Positions 12,051-23,723 of a DNA stretch of 33,839 nt are shown piece by piece. The position numbers and the translations under genes are program-made. How positions within the stretch are numbered: the stretch's first letter is position 1; the number at the start of each line of letters is the position of its first letter. Source of the DNA: Dimargaris cristalligena. Its lineage: Eukaryota. The stretch spans positions 1 to 33,839 of the forward strand of contig ML002402.1 in assembly GCA_003614675.1 (NCBI GenBank), given 5' to 3'. The notes under the pieces are model-generated. The model saw nothing but the letters and a program-made list of their open reading frames with translations, was not told where the DNA came from and made no database searches.

Positions 12051-13454
12051 CTATTTACGACCCGAGCGCCAGTTGGTGGGTTGACGAAGTCGGGAGGGGC
12101 GGTGGCTCAAACGACGACGGGAACGTACGGACCTAGAAACCCGGGTAGGCAATTGGTTAGTGGCAGAACGCGGAATGAGGGAGAAGGTGGCCTTGGACCA
12201 TTGGTAGGGCTCCGGGATTTGGCCAAAGTCGGAAACCCAGGCCACCGACGAGTCCAGCACCCAGTCGATCGGTTCATCTGGAAACAATACATCATATATA
12301 CACAAAATGAGTAAATACAGTTAGATATCATGTAATATAAACCCAATGGTCATGGGGCACGTAAGCGCGCTACAGGGTGTGACGGTTCGTAGCATTTCGC
12401 GGTATTATTTTTAATCGCTGACCTCGCCCCTACTGGGTAAGTGGAACACACCACTAGATGGAGGGAGATTAGCGGAGAAATACTGGTCACTCTAAAAACG
12501 GTGCCCCAGGGTTGGGGTTGAGAAACCCAATGGCTTACCAGTCACCGTAAGAATGCCTTCCGGTTCAAACGAGGGGAGAGGCAAATCATCCAGACTGCCC
12601 AGGCGACCCTCATAATCACACGGCATCGGCGGACGAGCCAAAAATTCCCAGTCGATTTCAATTTCTGGATCGAAATCAGGCTCTAAAAAGATTAATAGGA
12701 ACGGTGCGGTGCGGAATACAGGAATAGGCGAAAGGCATTAGGGCAATGGTGATGGGCACTCGCGACGGCCGTTGGGGAATACCCCAATATCGTGCGTAAG
12801 TTGAAGCCTCTACGGGGACCTGTTCCTAAATCAGACCACAAAGGTCAAAGCTCATGATCCTTACCTTCAAGGCGGGGAGCCATATACTCAGGCTCAAAGT
12901 CGGGGATGGTACCGACATTGGCCTTAGGTACCGGATGGACCGTAGGACCACAGGTGCGATCCAGGGGCAGGCGCGTCGTAGTCGATTTCAGCGGTGGGCC
13001 ACGAGTAGCAATGGGGGTATTGATGCCAATCGGCTTCAGGGCGGAGGCCAGAGGGCCTTTGGACTTGCTTGGGGCATGGGTGGTTTTGGGGTCTACAGGA
13101 ACAGGAAGGGGGATTGATAACAAACACCAAAAAAATAGCCGAATTAGCGTAGAAGGGAATATGCTAAGGGACACGGCGCCTTTAAAGGATTGGTTAGTAG
13201 AGTTTCTTAGGAGTGGTCTCTCTAGGCCGCTTATTCAACCAGGCGTAAACCGTTGGACAGACGCGTGCGCCACAATAGAGTGGTGCCTCCATAGTACCCG
13301 GGTAAACCCACTAAGGGGGATGCTTACACAGGGGAGTCTTAGCGCCCAAAACAGCTTTGCCAGGGTGGCCCGGAGCGGGACTGAACAAGCCCGAGTTTTC
13401 CTTGTCCGCACTGGGGGCGAAGCGGAGAGACCGTGGCGCAATGTGCGAGTTCAT
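12051..13454 (-). CDS. Disordered protein with KEN box, D-box-like and EYMAP motifs; candidate securin (Pds1/Cut2-like), 241 aa, 4 exons
   Basis: Exons 13454-13328, 13092-12865, 12682-12539, 12277-12051. Donors GTAAGC/GTAAGG/GTAAGC, acceptors TAG/TAG/CAG; all phase 1, total 726 nt open. Motifs: DKENS, RLPL, FEPEYMAP followed by an acidic Pro-rich tract. The gene model is more certain than the product call. Confidence 0.65.
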
Positions 13455-13989
13455 GCTGACTAAATCAGGGTGCGGCGTGGTATCCTGCGGAAGCGGAAAT
13501 GGGAATACTGACGGGGCCAATGGTCAGGACAAGTCAGTCAAAGCCGTCAAGCGGTGGGTTACAGAGAAGGGGAGTAGCAATGGAAATAGAAAACAGGAAA
13601 CAGGAGACCAAAGCAGCGGACTTTCGAATATTAACCAGTCTGTGCGACATATCCATGGGCCAAGCCAGGCTTCATTGCCCGCCAGTGTCACCAGCCTATG
13701 TCATCACGTGGCTCGTATTCATTAGCCCTACGTTAAGTCCAATGGCTCGCGTCTCCCAGGGCTTCAAAGGTGCGGTCAGCTCTATCTACGCTATCCACTA
13801 TATCCGCTGCTATACATCTCATCGTCATACGGAACAACCAACCCTGCGGGGGATTCTACTATATACGGGGCCATGTCAACAAATTAGACTGGTTCGTTTC
13901 TTCATTGACCTGCTGCATGCAGGTGTCCTTTTCTTTCAGAGTTCCATGTACCACCCGAACCTACTCGCATTTCCTAAATACCCCCCAGG

Positions 13990-16002
13990 ATGTCCAACAT
14001 GCCGTCGTCTATACCTACCCCATTGTCGCTTAGCACCGCCTTGGCCCTGCAACTGATGGTCTGGGGTTTCGTCATTTTGGCCGTCATCATCGTACTCTGG
14101 GACCGACGACCCCAGGGGTCCTGGCACCCCCGGGTTCGCTGGGCCTTTGCTCTAGACTACCGGACCTGGTGGACCCTCGGCCGCCTACTGGCTTTCAAAA
14201 CCGTACACCTCTTTACCGGGGTATCCCTCGTCTGGTTGAAACCCCGTTACTTACACAGCTTCTCCCAATTTCTGGCCCAGCTCGTATCCCTGGACGAAGG
14301 CCCCCCGCCCGGTGGATACTCAACCAAGGGGAAGCGAACCGGGTCGGCCGTGGTTCCGTCGGGCAGCCCGTCCCGCCGCCGGCTAAGTGTGTCGAGTGCC
14401 CCTGAGCTGGTCCTCGGCCTGGTGAATGTCGGCAACTCCTGCTTCCTTAATTCGGTGCTCCAGGCCCTGGCCTCGTCCCACTACCTCCCGCTTTATCTGG
14501 GCCAAGTCCTGGATGTCCTCAACGACTGCAATGGCCTGCTCAAGGATGAACGCCATTGGCTGGCTATGCCTGTTTCGGAGGCCCTCGAAGAAACCCTTGA
14601 GGAGCTTAACCAAACGGTATCCCGCAATGTGGCCTTCCGCCCGTTTGCCATCCTGGCGGCGCTTGCCAGCAACCGCCGGCTGGTGAATCAGGAACAGCAA
14701 GACGCCCACGAGGCCTTCCAAATGATATCCACGGCCCTGGCCGACGAAGATGCCCTCCTTCGCTTCCGTTCCCCATCGCTCTTGGATTCGCGGGAGTGGA
14801 GCCGTGCCTCGGGTCTCCCCATTCGTGCCATGACTAACCCTCTAGCGGGTCTTCTGGCCAGTCGCTTGGCGTGCCTCGAGTGCGGCCACACCGCGGCCAT
14901 TCGGCATTTTCCCTTTGACAATCTATCGTTGACCCTGCCCTTTGAGTACGTGTGCGACCTTGAGACTTGCCTGCAATCCTACGTGGCCATGGAGGTGCTG
15001 CAGGACGCCCGGTGTCAGCGGTGCACCCTCCTGGAGACCATTCGCTTCCACGAGGCGTCCCTTCAGGACCACCGGCCTTCCCCAAAAGAACCCGACTCGG
15101 AAGCTAAAGTTGCCGAGGACCCGGATTCGCCCCCGGAACTGGTGGATGCCAGTATCCCGGCCGTCCGAGTTCAGATTTTGAAAAACGCCCTGGACCACCG
15201 GGATTACGACCTTACGCACACGCGGGAGACGCTAGCCCCTTTGAGCGCCGACGACCCCCTCTGGCAGGCGTTGGGACGGGAGGTCGGCACAAAGGCCCAC
15301 GGCCTTGATACGGACAACCTGTTGGACATTAGCCTCAAACACGTGGAGAGCCCGCATTCATCGAAGCAAACCATGGTTGCCCGCCCTCCGCGCACCCTCT
15401 GCCTGCACCTATCCCGGTCGCGATTTGGGACCTATGGTCAGGCTATTAAAAACAACTGCCATGTCACTTTTCCTGAATATCTGGACCTCACCCCGTACAC
15501 AACGGGGGGGGTGCTGGGCACGGCCGCCCATTGTCCCATATCGACGGAACAAGGGACATTGCCCATCTGGTACCGTCTCCATGCCGTGGTGGTGCACTTT
15601 GGCTCCCACTCCTACGGGCACTTTATCACTTACCGTCGGCGCACGCGCCCCCTGTCCCGGGTGGCGAGTGCGAAAGCGCTGCGTAGTGGGGAGTTCCGGT
15701 CCATCAGCCCCTGCCCTGACGAGTGGTATCAGATTTCGGACGAGCAGGTGGAGCCAGTCTCCCTGCAGCGAGTTCTCCAAGCCAACCCTTACCTACTAAT
15801 CTACGAGCAAATCCAAGACCCCGACCTACAGGCCCGGCTGGCGCAACAGACCGCCCAACGGGGAACTCCGCCGATGCTGCAGGGGCCTTTGTCCCCGTCG
15901 GAAGACAGCGACTCCAACTCCGCTCCCTTGCCGGACGGCGAGCGAAACGGATACTACGGGACCGCCCCAACAGCGGCCTACGACTCAGCGGATGACCCAT
16001 AG
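13990..16002 (+). CDS. USP-family (peptidase C19) deubiquitinase with N-terminal membrane anchor, Ubp16/USP30-like, 670 aa
   Basis: Cys box [24 protein letters not shown], CxxC pairs (CLEC, CQRC), LCLHLSR, His box [21 protein letters not shown] and WYQISD. Hydrophobic N-terminal segment [16 protein letters not shown]. Confidence 0.92.
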   Translation: MSNMPSSIPTPLSLSTALALQLMVWGFVILAVIIVLWDRRPQGSWHPRVRWAFALDYRTWWTLGRLLAFKTVHLFTGVSLVWLKPRYLHSFSQFLAQLVSLDEGPPPGGYSTKGKRTGSAVVPSGSPSRRRLSVSSAPELVLGLVNVGNSCFLNSVLQALASSHYLPLYLGQVLDVLNDCNGLLKDERHWLAMPVSEALEETLEELNQTVSRNVAFRPFAILAALASNRRLVNQEQQDAHEAFQMISTALADEDALLRFRSPSLLDSREWSRASGLPIRAMTNPLAGLLASRLACLECGHTAAIRHFPFDNLSLTLPFEYVCDLETCLQSYVAMEVLQDARCQRCTLLETIRFHEASLQDHRPSPKEPDSEAKVAEDPDSPPELVDASIPAVRVQILKNALDHRDYDLTHTRETLAPLSADDPLWQALGREVGTKAHGLDTDNLLDISLKHVESPHSSKQTMVARPPRTLCLHLSRSRFGTYGQAIKNNCHVTFPEYLDLTPYTTGGVLGTAAHCPISTEQGTLPIWYRLHAVVVHFGSHSYGHFITYRRRTRPLSRVASAKALRSGEFRSISPCPDEWYQISDEQVEPVSLQRVLQANPYLLIYEQIQDPDLQARLAQQTAQRGTPPMLQGPLSPSEDSDSNSAPLPDGERNGYYGTAPTAAYDSADDP

Positions 16003-16677
16003 GAGAGGAGAACCTTTACCCAAAAGCGCATCCACCTGGGGATGGTCAAGGGTGTGTAGTGGGTGGCTAGCGTACCCATGGTGCGATTAGGCCGGGAGTT
16101 GACTTAAACCACTTCTGCTTTTGTAACATAGCGCAATAAATGCTTGATATTTTTATTTTCGACGATAAACATTGCCCTAGCCGCCGCTGCCTCTTCTCTA
16201 TAGATACTCCCTCTTTAATTAACTCAAGTTTAATAGTGAGTATGGTTGCCCATTGGGTGGGGGGAGGAAGAAGACCGAACATGCATAGTGAAAGCCGCCT
16301 GTGTGACTACAGGTACTTTGGGCTGGAAAAAAAAATCCCCCGTTGGCCCCATTTTCTCTCCCATTGTTAATTTTTTTAGGCAGTGTGGGGTGTCTGATCA
16401 TACATACCACTCCGCCTGTTATTGGGGGAACCCCACCAAGCGAGGATAGGCGTATGAAGCTCAAGTAGAATTAGCCTTGCGTGAAGATGATATTCGAGGG
16501 AGTGGGGCAATAATAAGCCCAGCTCAGTGACCAACCTTCCATCAACTTTGCCCCTTTTCCCATCTCCCTTTCTCTCTCTTTATCTCTCCCTTTCCTTCTT
16601 CCCCTTGTCCTTTCATCTCTTCCCACCTTCTTCCTTTAATCCCCTTTTCTTCGTTTCCACCCTTTTCCAACTACACC

Positions 16678-17483
16678 ATGTCCGACGACAAGCAGACCAC
16701 CCCTACCGTTGAAGAGACCCAGGCCCCCGCCGCTGCCGAGGAGGTCGAGCCCTCCACCGAGGTTCACTTTGAGCCCGTCGTCAAACTGGCCGAGGTTGAG
16801 ACCAAGACCCTCGAGGAAGACGAGAAGGTCTTTTTCAAGCTGTAAGTTACCCCGATCCGCCCACATAGAGTCGCTGTTGGAACAAAGAGGCGCATATAGA
16901 TATATATACTCCGTTGCATATAGGGTATATGCGTGCCTGTGGGGCCTGGTCCCTGAGCCGGTTTTCTCGATCCCCACCCCAGCCCTAACCCTCAAGACTT
17001 ATAAAATCACCCCCCTAACCTAATAGGCGTGCTAAGCTGTTCCGCTTCGACAAGGAGAATAGCGAGTGGAAGGAACGCGGTACCGGCGACGTGAAGCTCC
17101 TACAGCACAAGACCACCCATAACATCCGCATTCTGATGCGTCGGGACAAGACCCTTAAGATCTGCGCCAACCACCTGATTGCCGAAGACATGACCCTCTC
17201 CCCCAACATTGGTAGCGAGCGCTCGTGGGTCTGGAATGTGGCCGCCGACTTCTCCGAAGGAGAGGCCTGCCACGAGATGCTGGCCATTCGGTTCTCCAAC
17301 GCCGAGAACGCCCTGCTATTCAAGGAGAAGTTCAACCTTGCCCGTGAGAATAATGCGGCCATCAAGAAGGGCGACGAGCCCCTTGTGAAGCTTAGCGAGT
17401 CCGAGGACCAGAAGGAAGAGAGCCAGCCCAAGCCCGAGGAGACCCCCGCCAAGGAGGAGGAGCCCAAGAAGAACGACGAGTAA
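16678..17483 (+). CDS. YRB1: Ran-binding protein 1 (Ran-specific GAP co-activator), 206 aa, 2 exons
   Basis: Exons 16678-16841 and 17027-17483. RanBD motifs [51 protein letters not shown]. Confidence 0.96.
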
Positions 17484-18865
17484 ATCCCATGAAGTCCTTG
17501 GCAGCATCTGGCCCCGCTCGTCGACCATTCCCTATTAAGCGGAGGCGGAGTGGGTTCGATCCATCCCACTATATTGAACGAACCTGAGTAATTCTAAAGC
17601 CCATCGGAGGGTGACAAAGCAGCGGTTTATTTACCCACTGATCTTCCATGAGCCCACGCAAGCGATCTGTTCGATATATCCTTGATTTGCCCGAATCCCC
17701 TCCTCCACCCCCCATTGATCCTTTTATTTTATAAATATACTATCATCCTATATTGCCCCGGACTATCTGTGTGGCACTGGCCCCCAGCCTTGGCTGACCT
17801 CTCCATTCACCGCCGCCCAGCACCTTTTGCCCGCATCGTTTGGATGCAACTGCTGCAGTGAATCATTTCCCTTGATGCATTGTTCTGTTACCCTTTTATT
17901 CATCCATTTTTATTTTTACCCTCATCCTTCGTCCTTATAAACCCCCTGCTCCGAGTTAGAGCCCCTGAATTGCACCCCATTGAAAGATGGAATAGGTTCC
18001 GTTGATTGACATTGCAGCCCACGTTATATGTAAAAAAAACTCCCCCTTGGATTCGTTATTCCGATAGGGGTGAGAAAGGAGGCCGGGTGTAATAGATGGT
18101 GAGGGGGGCGACGGGCAACTAACTCCGTACGGGTTTCCCCCACCACCGCTCGAAGATGGGTGTGATAAAGGTAGGTGGCTCAGCTGAGGTGAGGTCAAAC
18201 GACCCCTACCCTACGTATTGGTTGGGGAGGGCGGGCCTTGTCCGCCATGGCAACCCTGACAGACCATTCGCGGAAACTACACCGGAAACCCTCGCAGCGA
18301 GCTGCAGCGGCTGAGGGAAGTGACCTGCGCGATGCCCACATGACCGTCGTCAGATCCGATACGTTGGGTGACGAGTTGGGACCGCGAAGTGGAAGAATAG
18401 AAGCGACTGCTCAAATTCGGGATTCGGTTTGTGCACTGGACCCTCTCAAATATCTGCCATTTATTTACAGTGATGCGTGGGCGATCCCGGGGTTTCCCTG
18501 ATGACGCTCATAACTCCGCCCCCCCCCCAGCCTTTGCCTCTGCCTCTGCTGCTGCTGCTGCTGTTGTTGCTTGGCTCCTGTAGCCCAGGACTAGCAGTGA
18601 CTGGGCCCCGCTGTAGAGTCAGTAAACGTCCCGTCCCGACCCCTTGTTCTTCTCCGTTCCTTTCTCCTCTTACCCTCCTCTCTTTCTTCGCCCTATTCCT
18701 TGTTCGCTAGTTTGTTTTAGAAAAAAACCCCTCCCCGGAATATTGGATTGGTCACCCTGGCGCGTCTTCGTTTTAGCCCCCCCTTCACACTCCTCTTAGT
18801 TAGGTCGTTACTCGGTTGCCCGCGTTGATAATTAAAGCCCCGTGCCCAAAAGGCCCATTAGACCC

Positions 18866-21340
18866 ATGTACGGCGTCTATACCGAATTCTCGGGGATTCA
18901 GTTCCGCCGCTGTTGCAACGAGTGCCTGCGGCGCAAAGTACGCTGCGATGGCCAACGGCCTTGCAGTAATTGCGAGCGGCGACGTCACCCATGCCAATAC
19001 AGCCTCATTCGCCGCAAGCCCCCGACCCCGTCCTACCGCTCGCTGACTAAAAACCGAACCAAAACCACAGCCCCGGCCTCGCCTGAGCCGGCTCCCGCCC
19101 CGACATTGATTGCCACCACGCCTCTCCTCGAAAACCCCCCACCCGCCTCTCGACCGGAATCCATGGCGGCCGCCGCTACTTTGGACCCCCTGGTCCAGCG
19201 GCTCTTTGCCATCGTGGAACAATGCGAGAACCTCGCCGTCCGGGGGGGCATCGACGCCGCTCCCCCCAGCCCCGCGACCCTTACCCTGCCCCCCCATCTT
19301 CCGCCGATGCCCGGTCCCGTGCACTGGCTTTCCGGGCCTGATTCGATCCTGACGGGGATTCCTGATAACGACACGCAGGATTTCTTTATTCTATTTCGCC
19401 AGGGCCATCTGGATGTCAATCAAGTCTGGACCGCCACCGTTACCGTCCACCCCCCGTCCCCAGAAGCCCCCCTCCCTAGGGAAGGGGCATCGCGCCCCGT
19501 GCTCCAAAACCCCGCCCCCGCTAACCGATCGAACTCCCGACTCACCCCCCCTTCCCGCCCCGTTACCGTGGAGGCCACCATTACGAACCGCTACCAGATG
19601 TCCCACCATACCCAGATGCATAGTACTCTAGCCCGGGCCGCGCAGCTGCTGGCCGAGCCCGTCGACACCGAATACCTCCTGTACCACCCCAGTGTGGTGC
19701 ACTCTCTAGTTAATCTCTACTTTACTCGCTCCGGCTGCCTTCTAGCGGAGGCCCAGCAGACCCGCTTCCTCCGCCTGCTCTTCAACGGCCAGGTGAGCCC
19801 GTTGGTGCTCAATGCCACCCTCTGCATTGCGGCTCGGTTCTCCCACGACCCCCGGCTGGTGCGGGGCCCGGCCTATATGGCATCCCTGCCCTACTGGGAG
19901 CGGGCGGAGCGGGACGTGCTGCGGGCTATGGAGGAGCCGTCGCTGGATTCTGTCATTGCCTTCCACCTCTTGACCGCCTGGGCCATTGGTCAGAGCGACT
20001 TGGGTAAGCTCATGACCTATTCGAGTATGTCGTCGCGAATGAGCACTGCCCTGCAGCTCCACTCCATTGATAGTAAACAACCCCCCAGCGGCTGGCCCCC
20101 CGAGTCCACACCCACCACCACTCCATCTACTACCCGCCCGTTGCTAGCCCCGATGGATCGCGCTCGACTGGATACCATGTACCACCACGTCCGGCGCCAG
20201 GTGTTCTGGTCTATTGCCTCCACCGACTTTGCCTCGGCAATGTTCAGTAGCTCCAAACCCGTAACGGATATTGAGGCCATTGCGGTGCAGCCCCCCGACG
20301 AGGCCCTACTGGCTACCCTCTTTGACCCCGAAGCATCGAGCTTATTCGACCAGGACCGGCGTCTGCCAGCCATCATCCCCCCCACGTTTATTACCTCCTA
20401 CGTGCCGCACCATTTCACCTCCCTCAGCCTGCTAATCGGCAAGGTGGCCACCTTCCGCAATCAGATGCGACAAGGGCCGCCGGCGGGGGGCGGCCTAGGG
20501 AACCGCTTGATGGCGCTCAACCGAGAACTGACGGAATGGTACCGGCGCCTACCGGCCGATACGACACTGCCCGGGGCGGACGTCACGGACGATGTGCTGT
20601 TTCAGCGGGCCCTGGATATCCTGCAATTACTCCAATTCCACGCACGCTACCAGACGGCGGTGATTCTCCTCAATACCCGGGATCCCCAGGCCACGGACGA
20701 GAGTCATGTCAGTCCCCGCGCTCAATCCATCGCACGAACCATCGCCTGGAACGCGGCTGAGTGGGTTTGCCGGCATATTTTACCACTAGCGCGGCGGTTC
20801 CGGGTGGAATTCCACGGACCCATGACCGGAGGGTATTTTTACTACGCCAGCTGGGTCTACGTTACCGAGCTTCTGGCTCACTCGCCCGAGCCGACGACAC
20901 CTAATGAGGGGGAGGCGATGATGGTGGAGAGAGGCGGGAGGTCCTCCTCTTTAAGGGGTGGTAGCGGCAGTAGCTCGTGCCCGCTACCACCGAGCAGTCG
21001 CAGCCCAGCCACTTCCCCAACGGAGCCCCCGATTGAAACTTTCCGGTCGGTCCACACTCCACTGATTCTTCACCCGGAGTACCGGGACAGTCGGTCGCAT
21101 TCCTCGGACGGGGGGCGGGATACGTCCAGTACGCCCGACACCAGCTCCCCCCATCTCGGTGGCGGAGTCCATATCATCCAGGACGCCAACTACTGCGTGC
21201 AACGGCTGTACGATATCTACAGCATCTGCAAGCAGCACATCCCGTATTGGTCGTACAACCACATTACGTGTAATTTTATTCGGCAGCAGCTCCAACGATC
21301 CAAGGTTATTACCCAGGAACAGTTCCAGCTGTTTAGCTAG
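18866..21340 (+). CDS. Zn(II)2Cys6 binuclear-cluster transcription factor with a fungal TF middle-homology region, ~824 aa, no CDS intron
   Basis: CNECLRRKVRCDGQRPCSNCERRRHPC fits C-x2-C-x6-C-x5-C-x2-C-x6-C. Middle region has LVNLYF, LNATLCIAARFS and RRQVFWSI. First in-frame ATG is 18866. Confidence 0.93.
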   Translation: MYGVYTEFSGIQFRRCCNECLRRKVRCDGQRPCSNCERRRHPCQYSLIRRKPPTPSYRSLTKNRTKTTAPASPEPAPAPTLIATTPLLENPPPASRPESMAAAATLDPLVQRLFAIVEQCENLAVRGGIDAAPPSPATLTLPPHLPPMPGPVHWLSGPDSILTGIPDNDTQDFFILFRQGHLDVNQVWTATVTVHPPSPEAPLPREGASRPVLQNPAPANRSNSRLTPPSRPVTVEATITNRYQMSHHTQMHSTLARAAQLLAEPVDTEYLLYHPSVVHSLVNLYFTRSGCLLAEAQQTRFLRLLFNGQVSPLVLNATLCIAARFSHDPRLVRGPAYMASLPYWERAERDVLRAMEEPSLDSVIAFHLLTAWAIGQSDLGKLMTYSSMSSRMSTALQLHSIDSKQPPSGWPPESTPTTTPSTTRPLLAPMDRARLDTMYHHVRRQVFWSIASTDFASAMFSSSKPVTDIEAIAVQPPDEALLATLFDPEASSLFDQDRRLPAIIPPTFITSYVPHHFTSLSLLIGKVATFRNQMRQGPPAGGGLGNRLMALNRELTEWYRRLPADTTLPGADVTDDVLFQRALDILQLLQFHARYQTAVILLNTRDPQATDESHVSPRAQSIARTIAWNAAEWVCRHILPLARRFRVEFHGPMTGGYFYYASWVYVTELLAHSPEPTTPNEGEAMMVERGGRSSSLRGGSGSSSCPLPPSSRSPATSPTEPPIETFRSVHTPLILHPEYRDSRSHSSDGGRDTSSTPDTSSPHLGGGVHIIQDANYCVQRLYDIYSICKQHIPYWSYNHITCNFIRQQLQRSKVITQEQFQLFS

Positions 21341-22286
21341 CTATCTAGTTAATGGCGGGTGGGGAGAGGTAGATGATTTACTTGCAGTAATACATAGCAT
21401 AGTGTGGCCCATGCAGTTGTTATATTCCCTCGCCAGGGGGGAAATGGTGTAAATAGAGAGGAGGGTGGCAGTACAGTAGTAGTGGAAGTAGTAGTAGGGA
21501 AAGGTTTAACCCTAACCTAACCTACCTACAGTTATGGCCAACGTTACCTGTATATATTTGATGTGTGTGCTTCTGAGTTTTCGTTATTACCAGCTAGCTC
21601 TATTATGTGGTGGGAACCCTTTTTCCTTCCCCACTCGGACGATCTGGTATGATTTGCCGGTCCTTTTCATTGGAATGGACAGATGATTATTTTTTTTGGT
21701 TTAAATGGCGGGCAGCCTTACTCAGAAGCCAGCCCCACAGATAGGCTGAAACCACGCAGCCAGAATATACTAGGGCCAATCAAGCCTGGCGCATGCGGCC
21801 GACTGTTGTCAAATAAGGGACAGTGGTTTGACAGGCCCGATGGGGAGAGGGAGATAAGGGGGAAAGAGAGAGAAAGAGCCACACCCCCCATTATATGCCA
21901 CACCACTTCTAACTACACCAACCAACACCCAGGCAAATGGAGTGCGATCGACGACGACCACCACGGGTGTGTGTGCCCCCCGCACAAGGCAGTGCTAATG
22001 GTAATAATAACGATGTCACCCAGCAACCCCCGCCGCCTCGTTCGGGCTGTATGCGTGCGGATTTGGCGCCTGTATATGCTATATGCGCCTGGCCCAGCAC
22101 AGCACGCGAACATCAAACCCTATAGTATAGTCTCGTCCCCCACCCTATTTACCCTTTTCCCTTCCCTGAAGGCCCCTCTTTATTTCTTCCGCGGCGCCTC
22201 TCTTCCCTTCTTTCTTATTATTAACTATCAGTTGTTATTCTTTGTCGCTACCCACTCGGTGCTCTTCTTCCCCAATCTTCGTTCTC

Positions 22287-22288
<2 letters not shown>

Positions 22289-22321
<33 letters not shown>
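22289..22321. repeat. (TTA)11 microsatellite upstream of the Pro-rich gene ATG
   Basis: Read directly; it explains the spurious poly-Tyr and poly-Leu runs in the ORF track. Confidence 0.95.
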
Positions 22322-22322
<1 letters not shown>

Positions 22323-22442
22323 TCTATTCCCCTGGCCCTCGCTGACCGTTTGTCCTACTATACTCTATTACCCACCCGCCTGAACTTTATCAACCCCCCC
22401 CCCTTCCAGCCCGGTTACCGCGGTCTCTCTCAGTCGTTGCCC

Positions 22443-22730
22443 ATGGGGTCCACCAACGAGATGATCCCGGAGCCTGACTCGGGCACCACGCCTGATACCC
22501 TCCTGGCTCTAGCCGACGTGGCCGACCGCTCCACCCAGCGGGAGCTCTCGGGTCCTGCGCTGCCTCCCCTGACTCGGGGGGAGCCTGCCGGCTCGCCTTC
22601 CTTTACCCTACCCCCCATCTCCCACCTCAATCTGGATGGGCGCCCGGCCCCGACTCGGACCTCGAGCCACCGCAAAACCAACTCCATGTCCATCTCCCTG
22701 CTCCTGGACCGCCCCGAGCCCACCGACCCG

Positions 22731-22761
<31 letters not shown>

Positions 22762-23723
22762 ACCGCATAGTAAGTCGAAGTCCCGAGCGAACACCCTACC
22801 TCCCGGCCGTCACGGCTCCTCTCCCCGCCCCCCCTCACGACGGTCCGCGTCTACCTGCTCTACGGGCCGGCGGCGCTCCGGGCGCGGCGGTGGTGGGCCC
22901 CCACCACCCTGTGCTGGCCTCCCACCGTCGCCACCAGTCCTGGTCGGTTGGCCAACAACAGCAGCACCACCCGTACTCCCGCGCCCGCTACGCACCCTCC
23001 TCCCGCCGGGACGAGATTCTCCACTCCCCCACTCCCGCCGCCCCCTCCAGTACCGTCCCCGCCGTCCCCTCTGGCTTCCGCCCCCTAGACAAGAAGCTTC
23101 GCCCCAACATGACCCATGCCTTCATTGCCTACATGATTTACTCGGACCAAGTCCGGACGGGTATCGTGCAGCCCAAGCGAGCGGGTCAGTCCTATTCACC
23201 CGCTCGGTCCGATGTGTCCGTGCCCTCCGGCTTTGCTCCCGCCGCCGGAAGCAGTCCCCTGGCCCGGTCTGGCTACGGCCACTCCCGCTCCAAGACTATC
23301 TCGGCCTTCCACACCTCAGATCCTCCGGTGTCTCACCTCGAGCCCCCGACCGGCGGCTATACCCACCCCTCTGCACGCCACCGTGACACCCGCCCCGCCG
23401 ATCCAGCCCCCTCGGGGCAGAGTTTGGGGTTGGGGGGCCATTTCAGTCACCTCGGTGCTGCCCACGCCCGCTCGGTGTCATATTCCAGTGGGCCCCTGTC
23501 GTCCCTTCCCAACCGGTACGGGGGCGGTCCCCCCGAGCCGCCTGGGCCTGAGTTCCGGGCCTACCCCACCGAGGCCCCGCCGGGGCCCTACCCGCCCCAC
23601 AGTCACTCTCAGTCCTATTCCCACCCCCCTCCCCCGAGCGGCCACCCCTCCCTCCCTTCGTTAGCCTCCCATGTAAATTTTAATCGCGACCCTTCCTCCC
23701 ACACGAATTTCTCCCGGCCATGA
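22443..23723 (+). CDS. Pro/Ser/His-rich intrinsically disordered protein of unknown function, possible transcriptional co-regulator, ~426 aa
   Basis: Long GC-rich ORF starting at ccATGg (22443). Short linear motifs LLALADVA, TLPPISHL, MSISLLLD, HPY, and one ordered-looking patch RPNMTHAFIAYMIYSDQ. Confidence 0.75.
22731..22760. repeat. C30 homopolymer within the CDS, encoding poly-proline
   Basis: Thirty consecutive C bases, read directly. Confidence 0.9.

Noticed and set aside
12854..14056. Plus-strand ORFs of 87-185 aa (e.g. 12906-13463, 13499-14056)
   Set aside because: They are antisense to the securin-like exons or span the divergent promoter, with no recognisable motifs.
17550..17570. 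GGTTCGATCC resembling a tRNA T-loop/B-box
   Set aside because: No cloverleaf can be built; it is a small hairpin in the YRB1 3' region.
18238..18710. ORFs upstream of the Zn2Cys6 gene as extra exons or uORFs
   Set aside because: No convincing splice connection or motif; one is driven by a (CTG)n repeat. A uORF role cannot be judged without transcription-start data.
21507..21530. TAACCCTAACCTAACC telomere-like repeat
   Set aside because: Only two or three imperfect units; consistent with ordinary low-complexity sequence.
21683..22345. 220-aa ORF and the poly-Tyr extension of ORF 22242
   Set aside because: No motifs; composition derives from pyrimidine tracts and the (TTA)n repeat in likely promoter/5' UTR sequence.
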